Both the position numbers and the translations under genes were made by a program. DNA of 64,000 nt, taken from the NCBI GenBank assembly GCA_036490335.1, contig DASXEB010000016.1:70489-134488 (forward strand). Reading direction: 5' to 3'. This DNA comes from Chthoniobacterales bacterium. GTDB taxonomy: Bacteria; Verrucomicrobiota; Verrucomicrobiia; Chthoniobacterales; UBA10450. A model generated the notes under the pieces. That model was not told where the DNA came from. It did not search any database and saw only the letters and a list, made by a program, of their open reading frames with translations. The number at the start of each line of letters is the position of its first letter. The stretch's first letter is position 1. Below are positions 1 through 10,083 of this stretch, in pieces.

Positions 1-132
1 ATTTCCGTCCTCCCGATCACGGGCGTGCCGCTGCCGCTGATCAGTTACAGCGGATCGTTCGCCTTGATGGTGATGTTCGGTCTCGGAATCGTGAACAGCG
101 TTTGGGTCCATCGCAAGGCGAGACTGGTTTGA
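1..132 (+). CDS. SEDS-family protein (FtsW/RodA), C-terminal fragment entering from the left edge
   Basis: Frame-1 translation ISVLPITGVPLPLISYSGSFALMVMFGLGIVNSVWVHRKARLV* resembles the conserved C-terminal segment of FtsW/RodA. Stop TGA at 130-132. Confidence 0.7.
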   Translation: MSVLPITGVPLPLISYSGSFALMVMFGLGIVNSVWVHRKARLV

Positions 133-222
133 TTTGCTCTCCGCTCTCGAAGTGTTTGCGTTGAATTACGGGCCACTCTGCGATTTGTCTCGCTCGATTT
201 TCTCTCCATATTGCCCGTCCCG

Positions 223-741
223 ATGACAATTTTGATCAACTCGTTGCTCGTTCTCGAGGCCGTCGTCGCGGTCCTCATGATGTTCGTCATTCTCATGCAA
301 CGGCCGAAAAGCGAAGGCCTCGGCGCGGCTTTTGGCGGCGGAGTGACGGAGAATATTTTCGGCGCGCAGACGACGAACGTCCTTACGACGATCACGACTT
401 GGCTGGCGAGCATTTTCTTTATTGTCGTCCTCGTGCTGTCGATTCTTTATGCGCACCGTGGCGCCAGTCATTCCGCCGTTCGCCAGGAGTTGATGAAAAC
501 TTCCGCAACCGGGAACGCCGCGACGCCCGCGCCTTCCGGCGTCCAACGTTTGCCTCCGAAAGTCGCCGCGCAAAAAGCCGCCGCTGACGCCAAGGCTCAT
601 CTCAACCCCGTGCCAAAAGGCGCGGCGAGCCCGGGTGCCGCGGCCTCGCCTGTTTCGCCGGCCGACGCGGCAGTCGGCGTAATCCCGATGAACGCGCCGG
701 CCGCGCCTTCGGCCTCCGCCGTTCCGTCCGCGACACCCTGA
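223..741 (+). CDS. secG: Preprotein translocase subunit SecG with a long Ala/Pro-rich C-terminal tail
   Basis: MTILINSLLVLEAVVAVLMMFVILMQRPKSEGLGAAFGGG... is the typical SecG TM1 plus glycine-rich loop plus TM2. The ORF track starts at TTG 211; ATG 223 fits SecG N-termini better. Confidence 0.8.
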   Translation: MTILINSLLVLEAVVAVLMMFVILMQRPKSEGLGAAFGGGVTENIFGAQTTNVLTTITTWLASIFFIVVLVLSILYAHRGASHSAVRQELMKTSATGNAATPAPSGVQRLPPKVAAQKAAADAKAHLNPVPKGAASPGAAASPVSPADAAVGVIPMNAPAAPSASAVPSATP

Positions 742-875
742 CGAATCCGGTCTTACGCTGCCTAACGAGTAAAGGACTCAGCGTAATCGTTTAAAGGCGG
801 CGTCATTCCGTCCGGGCAAGCGCGTCGTTAAATTTCGCTGGCGCTCATCGCGATTCGGCTGTGGATTAACGAACG

Positions 876-1415
876 ATGAAACGCGCGCTCGTCTGCCTGC
901 TCGGGGTTTTTTCTTTCAGCCTCCCTCTCGTCGCGCAGAGCGACCTGCAAACCATCACCTCCGACCAATTGCAAACGACCGGAGAAGTTGATGCCTTCCC
1001 CGCGCTCAGCCTTTATCGCCCGGATCTTTTCAGCAGCGCGAACGGATCGCTCTTGCTGCACGACCTGCCGGTGCTCGTCCTGCTCGACGGCCGGCGCCTT
1101 TCGATTTCGCAGGATAATCGTTTCGACGTCGCATCCTTTTTCTCAGTCGGCTTTCTCAGCGCGGTCTCGGTGCAAACTGATGTCTCGCCGATGTACGGGA
1201 CCGATGCGCTCGGCGGAATCGTCAACCTTCAGACCAATCGCACTTACAGCGGAGGCCAGGCAGGTGTCTTTTACGGCGGATCGGGAGGCAAAATCGGTGG
1301 CCAGGACTTTAGTAGTTACATCATTGGCAGTGTCGGCACCGATAGATTTCAGATCACCGCGGGCGCGGCTTATGAGAAAGGCAGCGGCGGTCTCAGCTTC
1401 CGCGTGAATCATTAA
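876..1415 (+). CDS. Signal-peptide protein with a TonB-dependent-receptor plug-like domain only (no barrel)
   Basis: N-terminal signal peptide. Plug-like segments: LLDGRRL, then VSVQTDVSPMYGTDALGGIVNLQT. At 179 aa it is far too short for a full receptor. Confidence 0.5.
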   Translation: MKRALVCLLGVFSFSLPLVAQSDLQTITSDQLQTTGEVDAFPALSLYRPDLFSSANGSLLLHDLPVLVLLDGRRLSISQDNRFDVASFFSVGFLSAVSVQTDVSPMYGTDALGGIVNLQTNRTYSGGQAGVFYGGSGGKIGGQDFSSYIIGSVGTDRFQITAGAAYEKGSGGLSFRVNH

Positions 1416-1457
1416 TCTTGTTGATCGGCGAGACCCTCCGGACGCCGACTCTTCGAG

Positions 1458-2648
1458 CTAACAAAACGCCGGAATGCCGGTGATCTGTTGGCCGAGAATG
1501 AGAAGGTGCACGTCTTGCGTTCCTTCGTAAGTCTTCACGCTTTCGAGATTGCACATGTGCCGGAAGCACTCATGCGAATCCAGGATTCCGTTGCCCCCAA
1601 GTATGTCTCTCGTCGCACGCGCGACGTCGAGCGCCATCTCGACATTATTCATCTTCGCCATCGAGATATGATAATGTTTCAACTCACCGGCATCCTTCAA
1701 TTGAGCCAGACGAAAGACGAGTAACTGCGCCTTCGTGATCTCGGTGAGCATGCGCGCGAGTTTCGCCTGGATGAGTTGGAAACTCGCGAGCGGCCGGCTG
1801 AATTGCTCGCGCCTCAGAGAATATTCGCGCGCTTCTTCGTAGCACGCTTCCGCGGCGCCGATCGCGCCCCAGGCAATGCCGTAGCGCGCGTGATTCAGAC
1901 ATTCGAGCGCCGATCTCAGCCCTGTCGTCTCGGGAAGCAGCGCCACGTTGGGCAACTCGCAATCGTTGAATTCCAACTCAGCCGTCAAAGCCGCACGAAG
2001 AGATAACTTGCCCTCGATAACTCTCGCGACAAAACCTGGCGTTCCTTTTTCAACCAGAAATCCCCTGATCGCATTCGCGCCCTCGTCGCTAACTCCGGAA
2101 TCATTTTCGAGTCTCGCCCAGACAATCGCGACATCGGCCACGCTGCCATTGCCGATCCATTTTTTCCGACCACTTAGCCGATAGCCATCGGTCACTTTGC
2201 GCGCGCGGCATTGTAAGCCCGCGGGATTCGAACCAAAATCAGGCTCCGTCAGCGCGAAGCATCCGAGCTTCGCACCTTTCGCCATCGCCGGCAGCCAGCG
2301 CGTTTTTTGCTCGTCAGATCCGAAGAGATAAATCGCCATCATCGCGAGCGAGCCCTGCACCGAAGCAAAGGTCCGCAGCCCGCTGTCGCCTCGCTCCAGT
2401 TCCTGCATCATTAATCCGTTCGCGACGGCTCCGAGGCCGCGGCATCCATAACCCTTGATCCCAGGTCCGAAGACTCCGAGCTCGCCTAACTCTCCCACTA
2501 ACTCGAAAGGAAAGGTGCCGTCGCGATAATGTTGCGCGACGATCGGTCGAAAGCGCGCCGAGACCCATTCGCGGACGTGATTGCGAATTCCGATCTCTTC
2601 CTTCGTGAAACAGTCAGCCAGTCGGCAAAAGTCGGGGCTATCAGACAT
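1458..2648 (-). CDS. gcdH: Glutaryl-CoA dehydrogenase-type acyl-CoA dehydrogenase
   Basis: 396 aa. Family-typical segments: GCFALTEPDFGSNPAGL, RYGIAWGAIGAAEAC, and C-terminal NLESVKTYEGTQDVHLLILGQQITGIPAF. Confidence 0.7.
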   Translation of the reverse strand: MSDSPDFCRLADCFTKEEIGIRNHVREWVSARFRPIVAQHYRDGTFPFELVGELGELGVFGPGIKGYGCRGLGAVANGLMMQELERGDSGLRTFASVQGSLAMMAIYLFGSDEQKTRWLPAMAKGAKLGCFALTEPDFGSNPAGLQCRARKVTDGYRLSGRKKWIGNGSVADVAIVWARLENDSGVSDEGANAIRGFLVEKGTPGFVARVIEGKLSLRAALTAELEFNDCELPNVALLPETTGLRSALECLNHARYGIAWGAIGAAEACYEEAREYSLRREQFSRPLASFQLIQAKLARMLTEITKAQLLVFRLAQLKDAGELKHYHISMAKMNNVEMALDVARATRDILGGNGILDSHECFRHMCNLESVKTYEGTQDVHLLILGQQITGIPAFC

Positions 2649-2731
2649 AGAGTTATCCTGCGAGCGGCAAGTTTTGCGAACAGAACTCCTATAACTCTAA
2701 TAGTCCTCGCCAACCGATAACTGCTCCAGGG

Positions 2732-2815
2732 TGCCGGCGGAGGGGATCGAACCCACACACCCTTGCGAGTACTGGATTTTGAGTCCAGCGCGTCTGCCAG
2801 TTCCGCCACGCCGGC
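2732..2815 (-). tRNA. tRNA-Leu (anticodon CAA), long variable arm
   Basis: Reverse complement reads GCCGGCGTGGCGGAACTGGCAGACGCGCTGGACTCAAAATCCAG...GGGTTCGATCCCCTCCGCCGGCA. Acceptor stem is GCCGGCG/CGCCGGC, anticodon loop CTCAAAA, T-arm GGTTCGATCC. CCA is not encoded. Confidence 0.9.
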
Positions 2816-2827
2816 ATTTCGAGCGGA

Positions 2828-3385
2828 TCAGAAACTACGAAGATCATCATCCGCGCGCAAGCCGCGCGGCGGGCCGAGGACCTCCCGCAGGACGACTGCC
2901 AGCCTGACGTTTTCAGGACGACGCAAGATTTCGCCTAACGAACTCCGCGCGGGCGCCAACGCCGACTCCGCTTTCCGGACGAAGGGCGCGGAGACGGCCG
3001 ACGGAGCGAGAACGATCGGTGACGGAAAAGATGGCGGCGGCGGAGTTATCACACTTACCGGCGGCATCGCGACAAGCACCGGCTCCGGCGGGGGAACAGT
3101 CGTCAGCGGAGGCAATGGTTGCTGCCACTTTTCGCCGCGACTGCGATTTCTCACCGCGGGTCGTGCCGGCGCTCGCCGAACCGGCGGCGCAGTTCCGGGT
3201 GGCGCGCCGATCGCTTCCAAGAACCGCCGTACTTGCTCGGCATCGTTTGGCGGCGGCTCGGCAGCCTTAGTCTCGTTAGGCAAAGCAGCCGGAGGCTTCT
3301 CTTTTGCGCGCCGATCTCGCTTCGTCAGCCATTTAAAGACTGCGACGATGCCAACAAGAATAAGAACGAGAACGTTATCGTGCAT
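2828..3385 (-). CDS. Hypothetical proline-rich protein with one N-terminal TM helix, downstream of floA
   Basis: 185-aa ORF in the same orientation, 18 nt after floA. N-terminal hydrophobic helix followed by low-complexity P/A-rich sequence. No family recognised. Confidence 0.45.
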   Translation of the reverse strand: MHDNVLVLILVGIVAVFKWLTKRDRRAKEKPPAALPNETKAAEPPPNDAEQVRRFLEAIGAPPGTAPPVRRAPARPAVRNRSRGEKWQQPLPPLTTVPPPEPVLVAMPPVSVITPPPPSFPSPIVLAPSAVSAPFVRKAESALAPARSSLGEILRRPENVRLAVVLREVLGPPRGLRADDDLRSF

Positions 3386-3402
3386 CGGCCGGCCGCCCTG
3401 GA

Positions 3403-4416
3403 TCAGGTCGCCTCACTCGTCGGCTTATCGCCCGCAATCGATTCGCGCATCGTCGTGTCCGCCTGAACATTTTTCATCCGCACATAATCCATGATTCCGA
3501 GGTTGCCGGAACGAAATGCGTCCGCCATCGCCTGCGGCACCTGCGCTTCGGCCTCAACCACTTTCGCGCGCATCTCCTGAGTCTTTGCGCGCATCTCCTG
3601 CTCGACCGCGACCGCCGCCGCGCGCCGCACTTCCGCCTTCGCCTGCGCGACGCGCTTATCCGCATCGGCCTGCTCGGTCTGCAATTTCGCCCCGATGTTA
3701 TCGCCGATATCGACGTCGGCGATGTCAATCGAAAGAATCTCAAACGCCGTCCCGCTATCGAGTCCTTTGTGCAGGACGAGCTTCGAAATGCGATCCGGAT
3801 TCTCGAGCACATCCTTGTAAGTGTCGGCCGAGCCAATCGACGTCACGATCCCCTCGCCCACCCGCGCGATGATCGTCTCCTCGGTCGCACCGCCGACAAA
3901 CCGATCGAGATGCGAGCGCACGGTCACTCGCGCCTTCACTTTCACACCGATCCCGTCCTTGGCCACGCCGTCGATCGTCGTGCGATTCATCGCCGCGCTC
4001 GGCACGTCGATAATTTTTGGATTAATGCTCGTGCGCACCGCCTCGAGCACCGTTTTGCCCGTACCTTTGGTCGCGAGGTCGATCGCACACGCGCGATTGA
4101 AATCGAGCGAAATGCCCGCCTTGTCCGCGGCGATGAGCGCGAGGATGACGTGACTGACATCACCGCCCGCGAGGTAATGCGCCTCCAGCGGATCGCTCGG
4201 AATATCGATGCCCGCTTTTACTGCCGTGATGCGATTGTCGACAATCAATCCGACCGGCACTTTGCGCAGCCGCATCCCGACCATTTTGCCGATGGTCACG
4301 GGCGCGTTCGCGATCCGCGCGCGCAGCCAGAGCCCGAAAAAATTGAAGAGCACGATCGCGAAAATCAGCGCGAGGACCGCGATGACTCCGACGAAAATAA
4401 AATAGAGCGAATCCAT
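3403..4416 (-). CDS. floA: Flotillin-like protein FloA (UPF0365/YqfA family)
   Basis: N-terminal TM helix, then [27 protein letters not shown]...[10 protein letters not shown]...[11 protein letters not shown], and a coiled-coil A/E/R-rich C-terminus. Characteristic of FloA. Confidence 0.85.
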   Translation of the reverse strand: MDSLYFIFVGVIAVLALIFAIVLFNFFGLWLRARIANAPVTIGKMVGMRLRKVPVGLIVDNRITAVKAGIDIPSDPLEAHYLAGGDVSHVILALIAADKAGISLDFNRACAIDLATKGTGKTVLEAVRTSINPKIIDVPSAAMNRTTIDGVAKDGIGVKVKARVTVRSHLDRFVGGATEETIIARVGEGIVTSIGSADTYKDVLENPDRISKLVLHKGLDSGTAFEILSIDIADVDIGDNIGAKLQTEQADADKRVAQAKAEVRRAAAVAVEQEMRAKTQEMRAKVVEAEAQVPQAMADAFRSGNLGIMDYVRMKNVQADTTMRESIAGDKPTSEAT

Positions 4417-4541
4417 GCGATAAAGTTACGAGAGCCGGCGAAAAGCGGAAGCGTTATTTGCGCGCGCGAAGCGATTCGTTAGGCGACAAAATCGCGCGCA
4501 GAATTTTTTCCTCATCGATAACCGGGTTAATTTCTTCAAGG

Positions 4542-5552
4542 ATGAAATTTTACTCGCTCCTCGACCTCGCGCCGATCATCGAAGGCGGCGACGCCGCGCT
4601 CGCCTTTCGCAACGCGCTCGACCTCGCCCAACAGGCCGAAGGCTGGGGCTACCATCGCTACTGGCTCGCCGAACATCACAACATGCCGGGCATCGCCAGT
4701 GCCGCGACTTCGGTCGTCATCGGCCACATCGCCGGAGGGACCAAAACGATTCGCGTCGGCGCCGGCGGCGTGATGCTGCCAAACCACGCGCCGCTCGCGA
4801 TCGCGGAACAATTCGGAACCCTGGCCGCGCTTTTTCCCGGCCGGATCGATCTCGGTTTGGGACGCGCGCCGGGTAGCGATCAAATTACCGCGCGCGCGTT
4901 GCGACGAAATCTCGGGAGCGACGGCGACACGTTTCCGCACGACCTGATCGAGTTGCAATCTTACTTCGAACCGGCGCGGCGCGACCAGGTTTTGCAGGCG
5001 GTCCCGGGCGCCGGGCTCGACGTGCCGATTTATTTGTTAGGCTCGAGCGATTTTAGCGCGCGCCTCGCCGCCGAACTCGGTTTGCCTTTCGCCTTCGCCT
5101 CGCATTTTGCGCCGGATTATCTCGAAGTCGCGCTGCGCATTTATCGCCAAAATTTCCAACCGTCCGTCCATCTCGCGGCGCCGCACGCGATGATCGGCGT
5201 CGGGATTTTCGCCGCCGAAACGGACGAGAAAGCGCAGCGGCTTTTCACTTCGTCGCAGTTGCAGTTTCTCAATCTCATCCGCGGTCATCCGAGCGCGCTG
5301 CCGCCGCCGGTCGAAAGCATGGAAGGTCGCTGGAGTGCCGCCGAAAAAGCCGCGGTCGCGCAGCGGACACGATGCTCCGCCGTCGGCTCACCGACGACGG
5401 TGCGGCGACGCATCGCAGAATTACTCGAAATCACTCGCGCCGACGAAATCATCGCGACGGCGCAAATTTTTTCCCACCCCGACCGGCTCCACTCCTTTGA
5501 GCTCGCGGCGGAAGCGCTTCGAGAGTTCGTTAGGCAGGAAGACTTGGCCTAA
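4542..5552 (+). CDS. LLM-class (luciferase-like) flavin-dependent oxidoreductase
   Basis: [12 protein letters not shown]...[62 protein letters not shown] at 4542 is chosen over the upstream in-frame start. Confidence 0.8.
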   Translation: MKFYSLLDLAPIIEGGDAALAFRNALDLAQQAEGWGYHRYWLAEHHNMPGIASAATSVVIGHIAGGTKTIRVGAGGVMLPNHAPLAIAEQFGTLAALFPGRIDLGLGRAPGSDQITARALRRNLGSDGDTFPHDLIELQSYFEPARRDQVLQAVPGAGLDVPIYLLGSSDFSARLAAELGLPFAFASHFAPDYLEVALRIYRQNFQPSVHLAAPHAMIGVGIFAAETDEKAQRLFTSSQLQFLNLIRGHPSALPPPVESMEGRWSAAEKAAVAQRTRCSAVGSPTTVRRRIAELLEITRADEIIATAQIFSHPDRLHSFELAAEALREFVRQEDLA

Positions 5553-5557
5553 CGAAC
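5525..5557. terminator. Hairpin made of two inverted copies of the genome word, between convergent genes
   Basis: GTTCGTTAGGC (5525-5535), an 11-nt loop, then GCCTAACGAAC (5547-5557): a perfect 11-bp stem. The right arm contains the TAA stop (5550-5552) of the LLM gene. The NYN gene stop is at 5563. Confidence 0.55.
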
Positions 5558-5562
5558 AGTCC

Positions 5563-6384
5563 CTACTCGAGCGGATGAACGATGTAGGTGCCGACCTGCT
5601 TGTCCCGCTCAAGCTTCAACAGTCCGCGCTCTTCCGCCTCGAGAAGCAAATCATTGAAAGCTTTGAAGCCGTGCGCGCGCTCGTTAAAACCGGGCGACTG
5701 CCGTTTCATCGCCTGTTTGATGAGCGAACCGTGGATTTGATAATCTTCGCCGCGCTCGGAGCGGAGGGCGTCGAGCGTTTTCGCGAGCAACTCAAGCGCT
5801 TCGCCCTGTGGCGGCGGAGGCGGCGGCGCGTCATCCGACTTTGCCGCCCGCGAAATCCTTGACTCGTTAGGCAATTTCGCCGCGGCGCGCGATTGCCGCG
5901 CCGATTCGCCGCGCGCGAGGTCGTCGTAATAAATAAATTCGTCGCAATTGGCGATGAAGAGATCGGAGGTCGATTGTTTCACGCCGACGCCGATGACGGT
6001 TTTGTCGTTCTCGCGCAGCTTGCTCACGAGCGGCGAAAAATCGGAATCGCCGCTGATGATGACGAAAGTGTCGACGTGACTTTTCGTGTAACAAAGGTCG
6101 AGCGCGTCTACGACCATGCGAATGTCGGCGGAATTTTTTCCCGATTGGCGAACGTGCGGGATCTCGATCAACTCGAAGGCGGCTTCATGCAGCCCACGCT
6201 TGAAAGTTTTGTAACGCTCAAAATCGCAGTACGCTTTTTTCACCACGATGTGACCTTTGAGCAGCAAACGCTCGAGCACTTTGCGCACATCGAAGGCCGG
6301 GAATTTCGCGTCGTGCGCGCCGAGCGCGATGTTTTCGAGATCGAGGAAGACGGCCATGATCGCGTCGGATTCGTTCGCACTCAT
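5563..6384 (-). CDS. NYN (LabA-like) ribonuclease-fold domain protein with a C-terminal OST-HTH/LOTUS-like domain
   Basis: VFLDLENI...KAYCDF...HVRQSGKNSADIRMVVDALDL...DTFVIISGDSDFSPLVSKLRENDKTVIGVG is the NYN/LabA signature. The C-terminal ~70 aa look OST-HTH-like. Confidence 0.7.
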   Translation of the reverse strand: MSANESDAIMAVFLDLENIALGAHDAKFPAFDVRKVLERLLLKGHIVVKKAYCDFERYKTFKRGLHEAAFELIEIPHVRQSGKNSADIRMVVDALDLCYTKSHVDTFVIISGDSDFSPLVSKLRENDKTVIGVGVKQSTSDLFIANCDEFIYYDDLARGESARQSRAAAKLPNESRISRAAKSDDAPPPPPPQGEALELLAKTLDALRSERGEDYQIHGSLIKQAMKRQSPGFNERAHGFKAFNDLLLEAEERGLLKLERDKQVGTYIVHPLE

Positions 6385-6446
6385 CGGCTCGATTTAAGGG
6401 ACGCCGCAGCGCGGCGGCAAGACTTTCCGCGCGGCTGCGGAGTTCG

Positions 6447-7685
6447 TTAGGCGCGACCCCAGATCATGGCGACGCTTGTCGTGAGGCTTCCGCCCATGTT
6501 GAAGGTGAGAAATTTTTTTGCGCCTTCGATTTGGCGCGCGTTGGCCTGGTTCGTCAGTTGCTGGTGCGCTTCGTAAACCTGACGCACCCCGGTCGCGCCG
6601 ACCGGATGTCCGTCGCCAATCAAACCGCCGCCGACGTTGACCGGAATCTCCCAACCGATTTTCCCGCTCACATGTTCGCCGCGCACTTGCGGCAACGCGG
6701 TCGCGCCGCTTTTCGCCAGTTCCGCGCCTTTGCCCGGTTCGGCGAGGCCGAGAATTTCGTAGGCGACGATTTCGGTGATGGAAAAACAATCGTGCACTTC
6801 GACGCCATGCATGTCGCGCGGTTTCAGATTTGCCATCGCAAAAGCTTTCTCGGCCGATTTGCGAGCGGTCGAAAAAGTCGGCGCGTCCTTTTTTTCCAGC
6901 GCGAGATAATCGGTCGCGCTGCCAAAACCGAGCAGTTGCGGCAGGGTCGATTTATCACGGCCGATGCGATCGAGATATTTTCCCGAGACGAGCACAAGCG
7001 CGGCAGAGCCATCGGTGATCTGCGAACAATCGGAAACGCGCAGCGGCGGCGCGACGCTCGGATTTTTTTCCGACATCTGCGAGGCGTCGTCGTAGGTCAG
7101 GTTGGCGTCGCGCATTTGCGCGAGCGGATTGAGCCGTGCGTGCGCGTAGTTCTTGTAAGCGACGGCAGCAAGGTCGTTAGGCGTGGCGCCGTATTTCTCG
7201 ATGTAAATCTGCGCGATGCGCCCGAACAATTTCGGGAACATGAAGTCGCCGTATTCCGGTTTCTCGATGTGATAATCGGCCGCTGCGCCGAGCACGTCAG
7301 AGCCGTCGAGCGACGACATCGTTTTCTGCTGTTCCGCGCCCACGACGAGCACCGCGTCGTGAAAGCCGCCCATGATCCATTGCGCGCCGAGGAGCACGGA
7401 AAGCGCGCCGGATGCGCAAGCCGCCTCGGTGTGCATCGTGGGAATGCCGTGCAGCTTTTCGTCGATCTCCGGGATGAAGGCGCCGAGATGGAGCTGCTTC
7501 GTGAATTGCCCGGCGTTGAAATTACCGACCGCTGCGGCCTCGATCTCGCCGGCGTCGATCTTCGCGTCCGCGAGCGCCGCGCGGCCCGCTTCCTTGATCA
7601 GGTCGCGAATGGTTTTGCCTTCCTTGCGGAGGTTGCGCTTAAAGTCAGTTCGGCCACCGCCGAGGATGTAAACGGGTTCGTTCAT
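6447..7685 (-). CDS. Thiolase-family protein (SCP-x / non-specific lipid-transfer-type thiolase)
   Basis: 412 aa. Has a thiolase-like active-site region HTEAACASGALSV and a C-terminal GGGLIGDGHPVGATGVRQ. Confidence 0.75.
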   Translation of the reverse strand: MNEPVYILGGGRTDFKRNLRKEGKTIRDLIKEAGRAALADAKIDAGEIEAAAVGNFNAGQFTKQLHLGAFIPEIDEKLHGIPTMHTEAACASGALSVLLGAQWIMGGFHDAVLVVGAEQQKTMSSLDGSDVLGAAADYHIEKPEYGDFMFPKLFGRIAQIYIEKYGATPNDLAAVAYKNYAHARLNPLAQMRDANLTYDDASQMSEKNPSVAPPLRVSDCSQITDGSAALVLVSGKYLDRIGRDKSTLPQLLGFGSATDYLALEKKDAPTFSTARKSAEKAFAMANLKPRDMHGVEVHDCFSITEIVAYEILGLAEPGKGAELAKSGATALPQVRGEHVSGKIGWEIPVNVGGGLIGDGHPVGATGVRQVYEAHQQLTNQANARQIEGAKKFLTFNMGGSLTTSVAMIWGRA

Positions 7686-7882
7686 AGAGTGCGAGCAAGC
7701 TAAGCCAGCACGCTCGAACTGTCATCCCGAGTGCTTTTGCGGATCGATGAGTTCATGCAAAGTTGCAGAGTCGATGACGCACGATCGACCTTCGCCACAA
7801 AATGCTTTTGTAGGATGGGGATTCGGGCGTAGAAATGGGGAACTGATCGATAGATCATTAATTCTTTAATGGAGCCCGAACA

Positions 7883-9373
7883 ATGATACAGCCACAACCC
7901 TACGTCCCGACCGCACGCGAGCAGAAGTTTCTCGAGGGCGTCGAAGAAGGCCGCTATGAGCGGGAAATTATTAGTGGGCTCGCCCCCTTCTTCAACGAGA
8001 AGGCTCCGGCGGACATGCTCAGCTTCTACTCCCCGGACGAGGTGACAAGGCTGAAGGCGCTCAAGGGCACCGATCGTGACGTTGAAGCCCGGATGCCCGT
8101 GAAGATCACGCGCCATTACTACGAGCTGGCCAGGACCAGCGCCGCGATTCAGCGCATCGTCAAGGCGGACCCCGGCGAGACGATGGATCTTGCGGGCGCG
8201 GAGGACCCCGGCAACCAGATGGACTACAGCCCCGTCGAGGGCCTGCTGCACAAGTACGAGATGGGACTCATGTACGTCATTTCGACCTGCTCGGCACATT
8301 GCCGCTTCTGTTACCGCGAAGAATTGATCGCCCGTAAGCAGATCAAGCGGCAGGACGGCACCATCGCGAAGAAAGGTCTCGCGTTGATCCCCGACATCAT
8401 CCCTTACATCAAGGCGCACAACGCGGCCGTCGCGGCCAACGGCGGTGTGCATCCCGAAAGCGGACGCGAGAAGCTGCGCGAGATCCTGATGTCGGGCGGC
8501 GACGCGATGGTGCTGAGCAATTCAAAGATCGCGGCCTGGCTCGCCGCGCTGGCCGAAGCCGGCGTCGAGTCGATCCGCATCGGCACCAAGGACATGGCGT
8601 TCTATCCCCAGCGCTTCGACCGCACCTTCCTCTCGATGCTCGATCGGTTCCACGAGACCTGGCCGCAGGTCGGCTTGCATATGATGCTGCACTTCGAGCA
8701 CCCGGACGAGTTCCTGGCTAAGGATGCGGAAGGAAACTACGTCGAGGATGCGCAGGGCTTTAAGCAGTGGGTCCCCGCGACGGGCGAAGGGATGCGGGGC
8801 CTGGCCTCGCGTGGTTGGCTCACCGTGCAGAACCAGGCGCCGATCATGAGGGGCATCAACGATGACCCGGACGCTCTCCGCATTCTGCAACGCGAGTTCA
8901 AGCGCGCCGGCGGCGAGAACCACTACTTCTTCTGCGGGCGCGACATCGTCGCCTACAAGGCATTCAACGTCCCGATCGAGACCGCGTGGAATATTCTCAA
9001 CGAGTCGCAAAAAGGGCTGTCGGGCGTCGAGGCGCACGCGCGCCTTTCCATCACCCATTACAAAGGGAAGACCGAAGTTTCAGCGGTCACCAACGAGGCG
9101 ATACCGGGACTCGCGGGCAGCGAGAATGGCGTCTTGATCTTCAAGATTCTTCGGAACGCCGGCAGCGCTCCGGACCGCGGCAAGGTCTGCATCGTCGGCC
9201 GCAACCCCGAGGCGCTCTGGTTCGACGACTACGAGGACCGCGTTCTGTTCGACGAGGCCGGCTTGTATCACTACGCGCGGGTTTCGAAATCCGGACAGGC
9301 GCCGGGTCACGCCACGGCTGCCGGACAGGCGCCGAGTCTCGGCGCTCTTCAAGCCGCTCTTGTCGCCGGGTGA
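7883..9373 (+). CDS. KamA-family radical SAM aminomutase (lysine-2,3-aminomutase-like), 496 aa
   Basis: CSAHCRFCYRE is a CxxxCxxC cluster in KamA-like context (MYVISTCSAHCRFCYREELI). GGAG lies 9 nt upstream of the ATG. It is longer than classical KamA, and substrate is not assignable by eye. Confidence 0.75.
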   Translation: MIQPQPYVPTAREQKFLEGVEEGRYEREIISGLAPFFNEKAPADMLSFYSPDEVTRLKALKGTDRDVEARMPVKITRHYYELARTSAAIQRIVKADPGETMDLAGAEDPGNQMDYSPVEGLLHKYEMGLMYVISTCSAHCRFCYREELIARKQIKRQDGTIAKKGLALIPDIIPYIKAHNAAVAANGGVHPESGREKLREILMSGGDAMVLSNSKIAAWLAALAEAGVESIRIGTKDMAFYPQRFDRTFLSMLDRFHETWPQVGLHMMLHFEHPDEFLAKDAEGNYVEDAQGFKQWVPATGEGMRGLASRGWLTVQNQAPIMRGINDDPDALRILQREFKRAGGENHYFFCGRDIVAYKAFNVPIETAWNILNESQKGLSGVEAHARLSITHYKGKTEVSAVTNEAIPGLAGSENGVLIFKILRNAGSAPDRGKVCIVGRNPEALWFDDYEDRVLFDEAGLYHYARVSKSGQAPGHATAAGQAPSLGALQAALVAG

Positions 9374-10083
9374 TGATCGACAAGCGGGTCGCGAGCGCGG
9401 CTGAGGCTGTCTCGGACATCTTCGACGGCGCAACCATCATGATCGGCGGTTTCGGCGAAGCGGGCAGTCCCGTCGAGCTCATCCACGCGCTGATCGACCA
9501 AGGCGCCACGAATCTGACGACGATCAGCAACAACACCGGCAGCGGCCAGGTCGGCCTCGCGGCGCTGCTCCAAGCGGGCCGCGTTTCCAAGGTCGTTTGT
9601 TCGTTTCCGCGCACCGCCAACTCGACCGTCTTCCCCGAGCTCTACCGAAGCGGGCGCACGAAATTGGAATTGGTTCCCCAAGGAACGCTCGCGGAGCGCA
9701 TCCGCGCTGGCGGAGCTGGAATCCCGGCGTTCTACACGCCGTCCGCGGTGGGAACGCCGCTGGCGGAAGGCAAGGAATGCCGGGAATTTGGCGACAGAAA
9801 GTATCTGCTTGAGCACGGCCTCCGCGCGGACTTCTCGCTCATCAAAGGGCGGGTCGCCGACACCCACGGCAACATCCTCTACAATAAAACGGCGCGAAAC
9901 TTCGCCCCGCTGATGGCGATGGCGGCCAAGGTCACGATCGTCCAAGTCGCCGAGATCGTCGAGCCCGGCCAGCTGGACCCCGAGTCGATCGTCACGCCCG
10001 GCATCTTCGTGGATCGCGTCGTCGCCATCGCCAACCCGGCCCACGAATCGGAACTCGTCGAAACGGGAGCGTCCTACCCATGA
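9373..10083 (+). CDS. 3-oxoacid CoA-transferase subunit A
   Basis: MIDKRVASAAEAVSDIFDGATIMIGGFGEAGSPVELIHALIDQG...ISNN is a typical ScoA/AtoD N-terminus. The ATG overlaps the KamA stop (TGATG). Confidence 0.85.
   Translation: MIDKRVASAAEAVSDIFDGATIMIGGFGEAGSPVELIHALIDQGATNLTTISNNTGSGQVGLAALLQAGRVSKVVCSFPRTANSTVFPELYRSGRTKLELVPQGTLAERIRAGGAGIPAFYTPSAVGTPLAEGKECREFGDRKYLLEHGLRADFSLIKGRVADTHGNILYNKTARNFAPLMAMAAKVTIVQVAEIVEPGQLDPESIVTPGIFVDRVVAIANPAHESELVETGASYP

Noticed and set aside
6531-7703. Long antisense or alternative-frame ORFs throughout the track. Examples: 6531..7703 (+), 7700..8452 (-), 9349..10044 (-), 27612..28505 (-), 30782..31984 (+), 32108..32968 (-), 58255..58908 (-).
   Set aside because: They overlap confidently identified genes on the other strand or frame. 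Their composition is Arg/Ala/Gly/Pro-rich, as is typical of stop-poor off-frames in high-GC DNA, and they show no family resemblance.
7711-7722. CGCTCGAAC, shared with the start of the att-like repeat (17775-17784), as a possible left att site for the whole 10-kb island.
   Set aside because: Only about 9 nt match and there is no extended similarity. This is within chance for GC-rich DNA.
7686-7882. Possible lysine riboswitch or leader upstream of the KamA-like gene.
   Set aside because: I could not recognise the conserved L-box helices or core by eye. Only a short 6-bp hairpin (about 7771-7790) is present.
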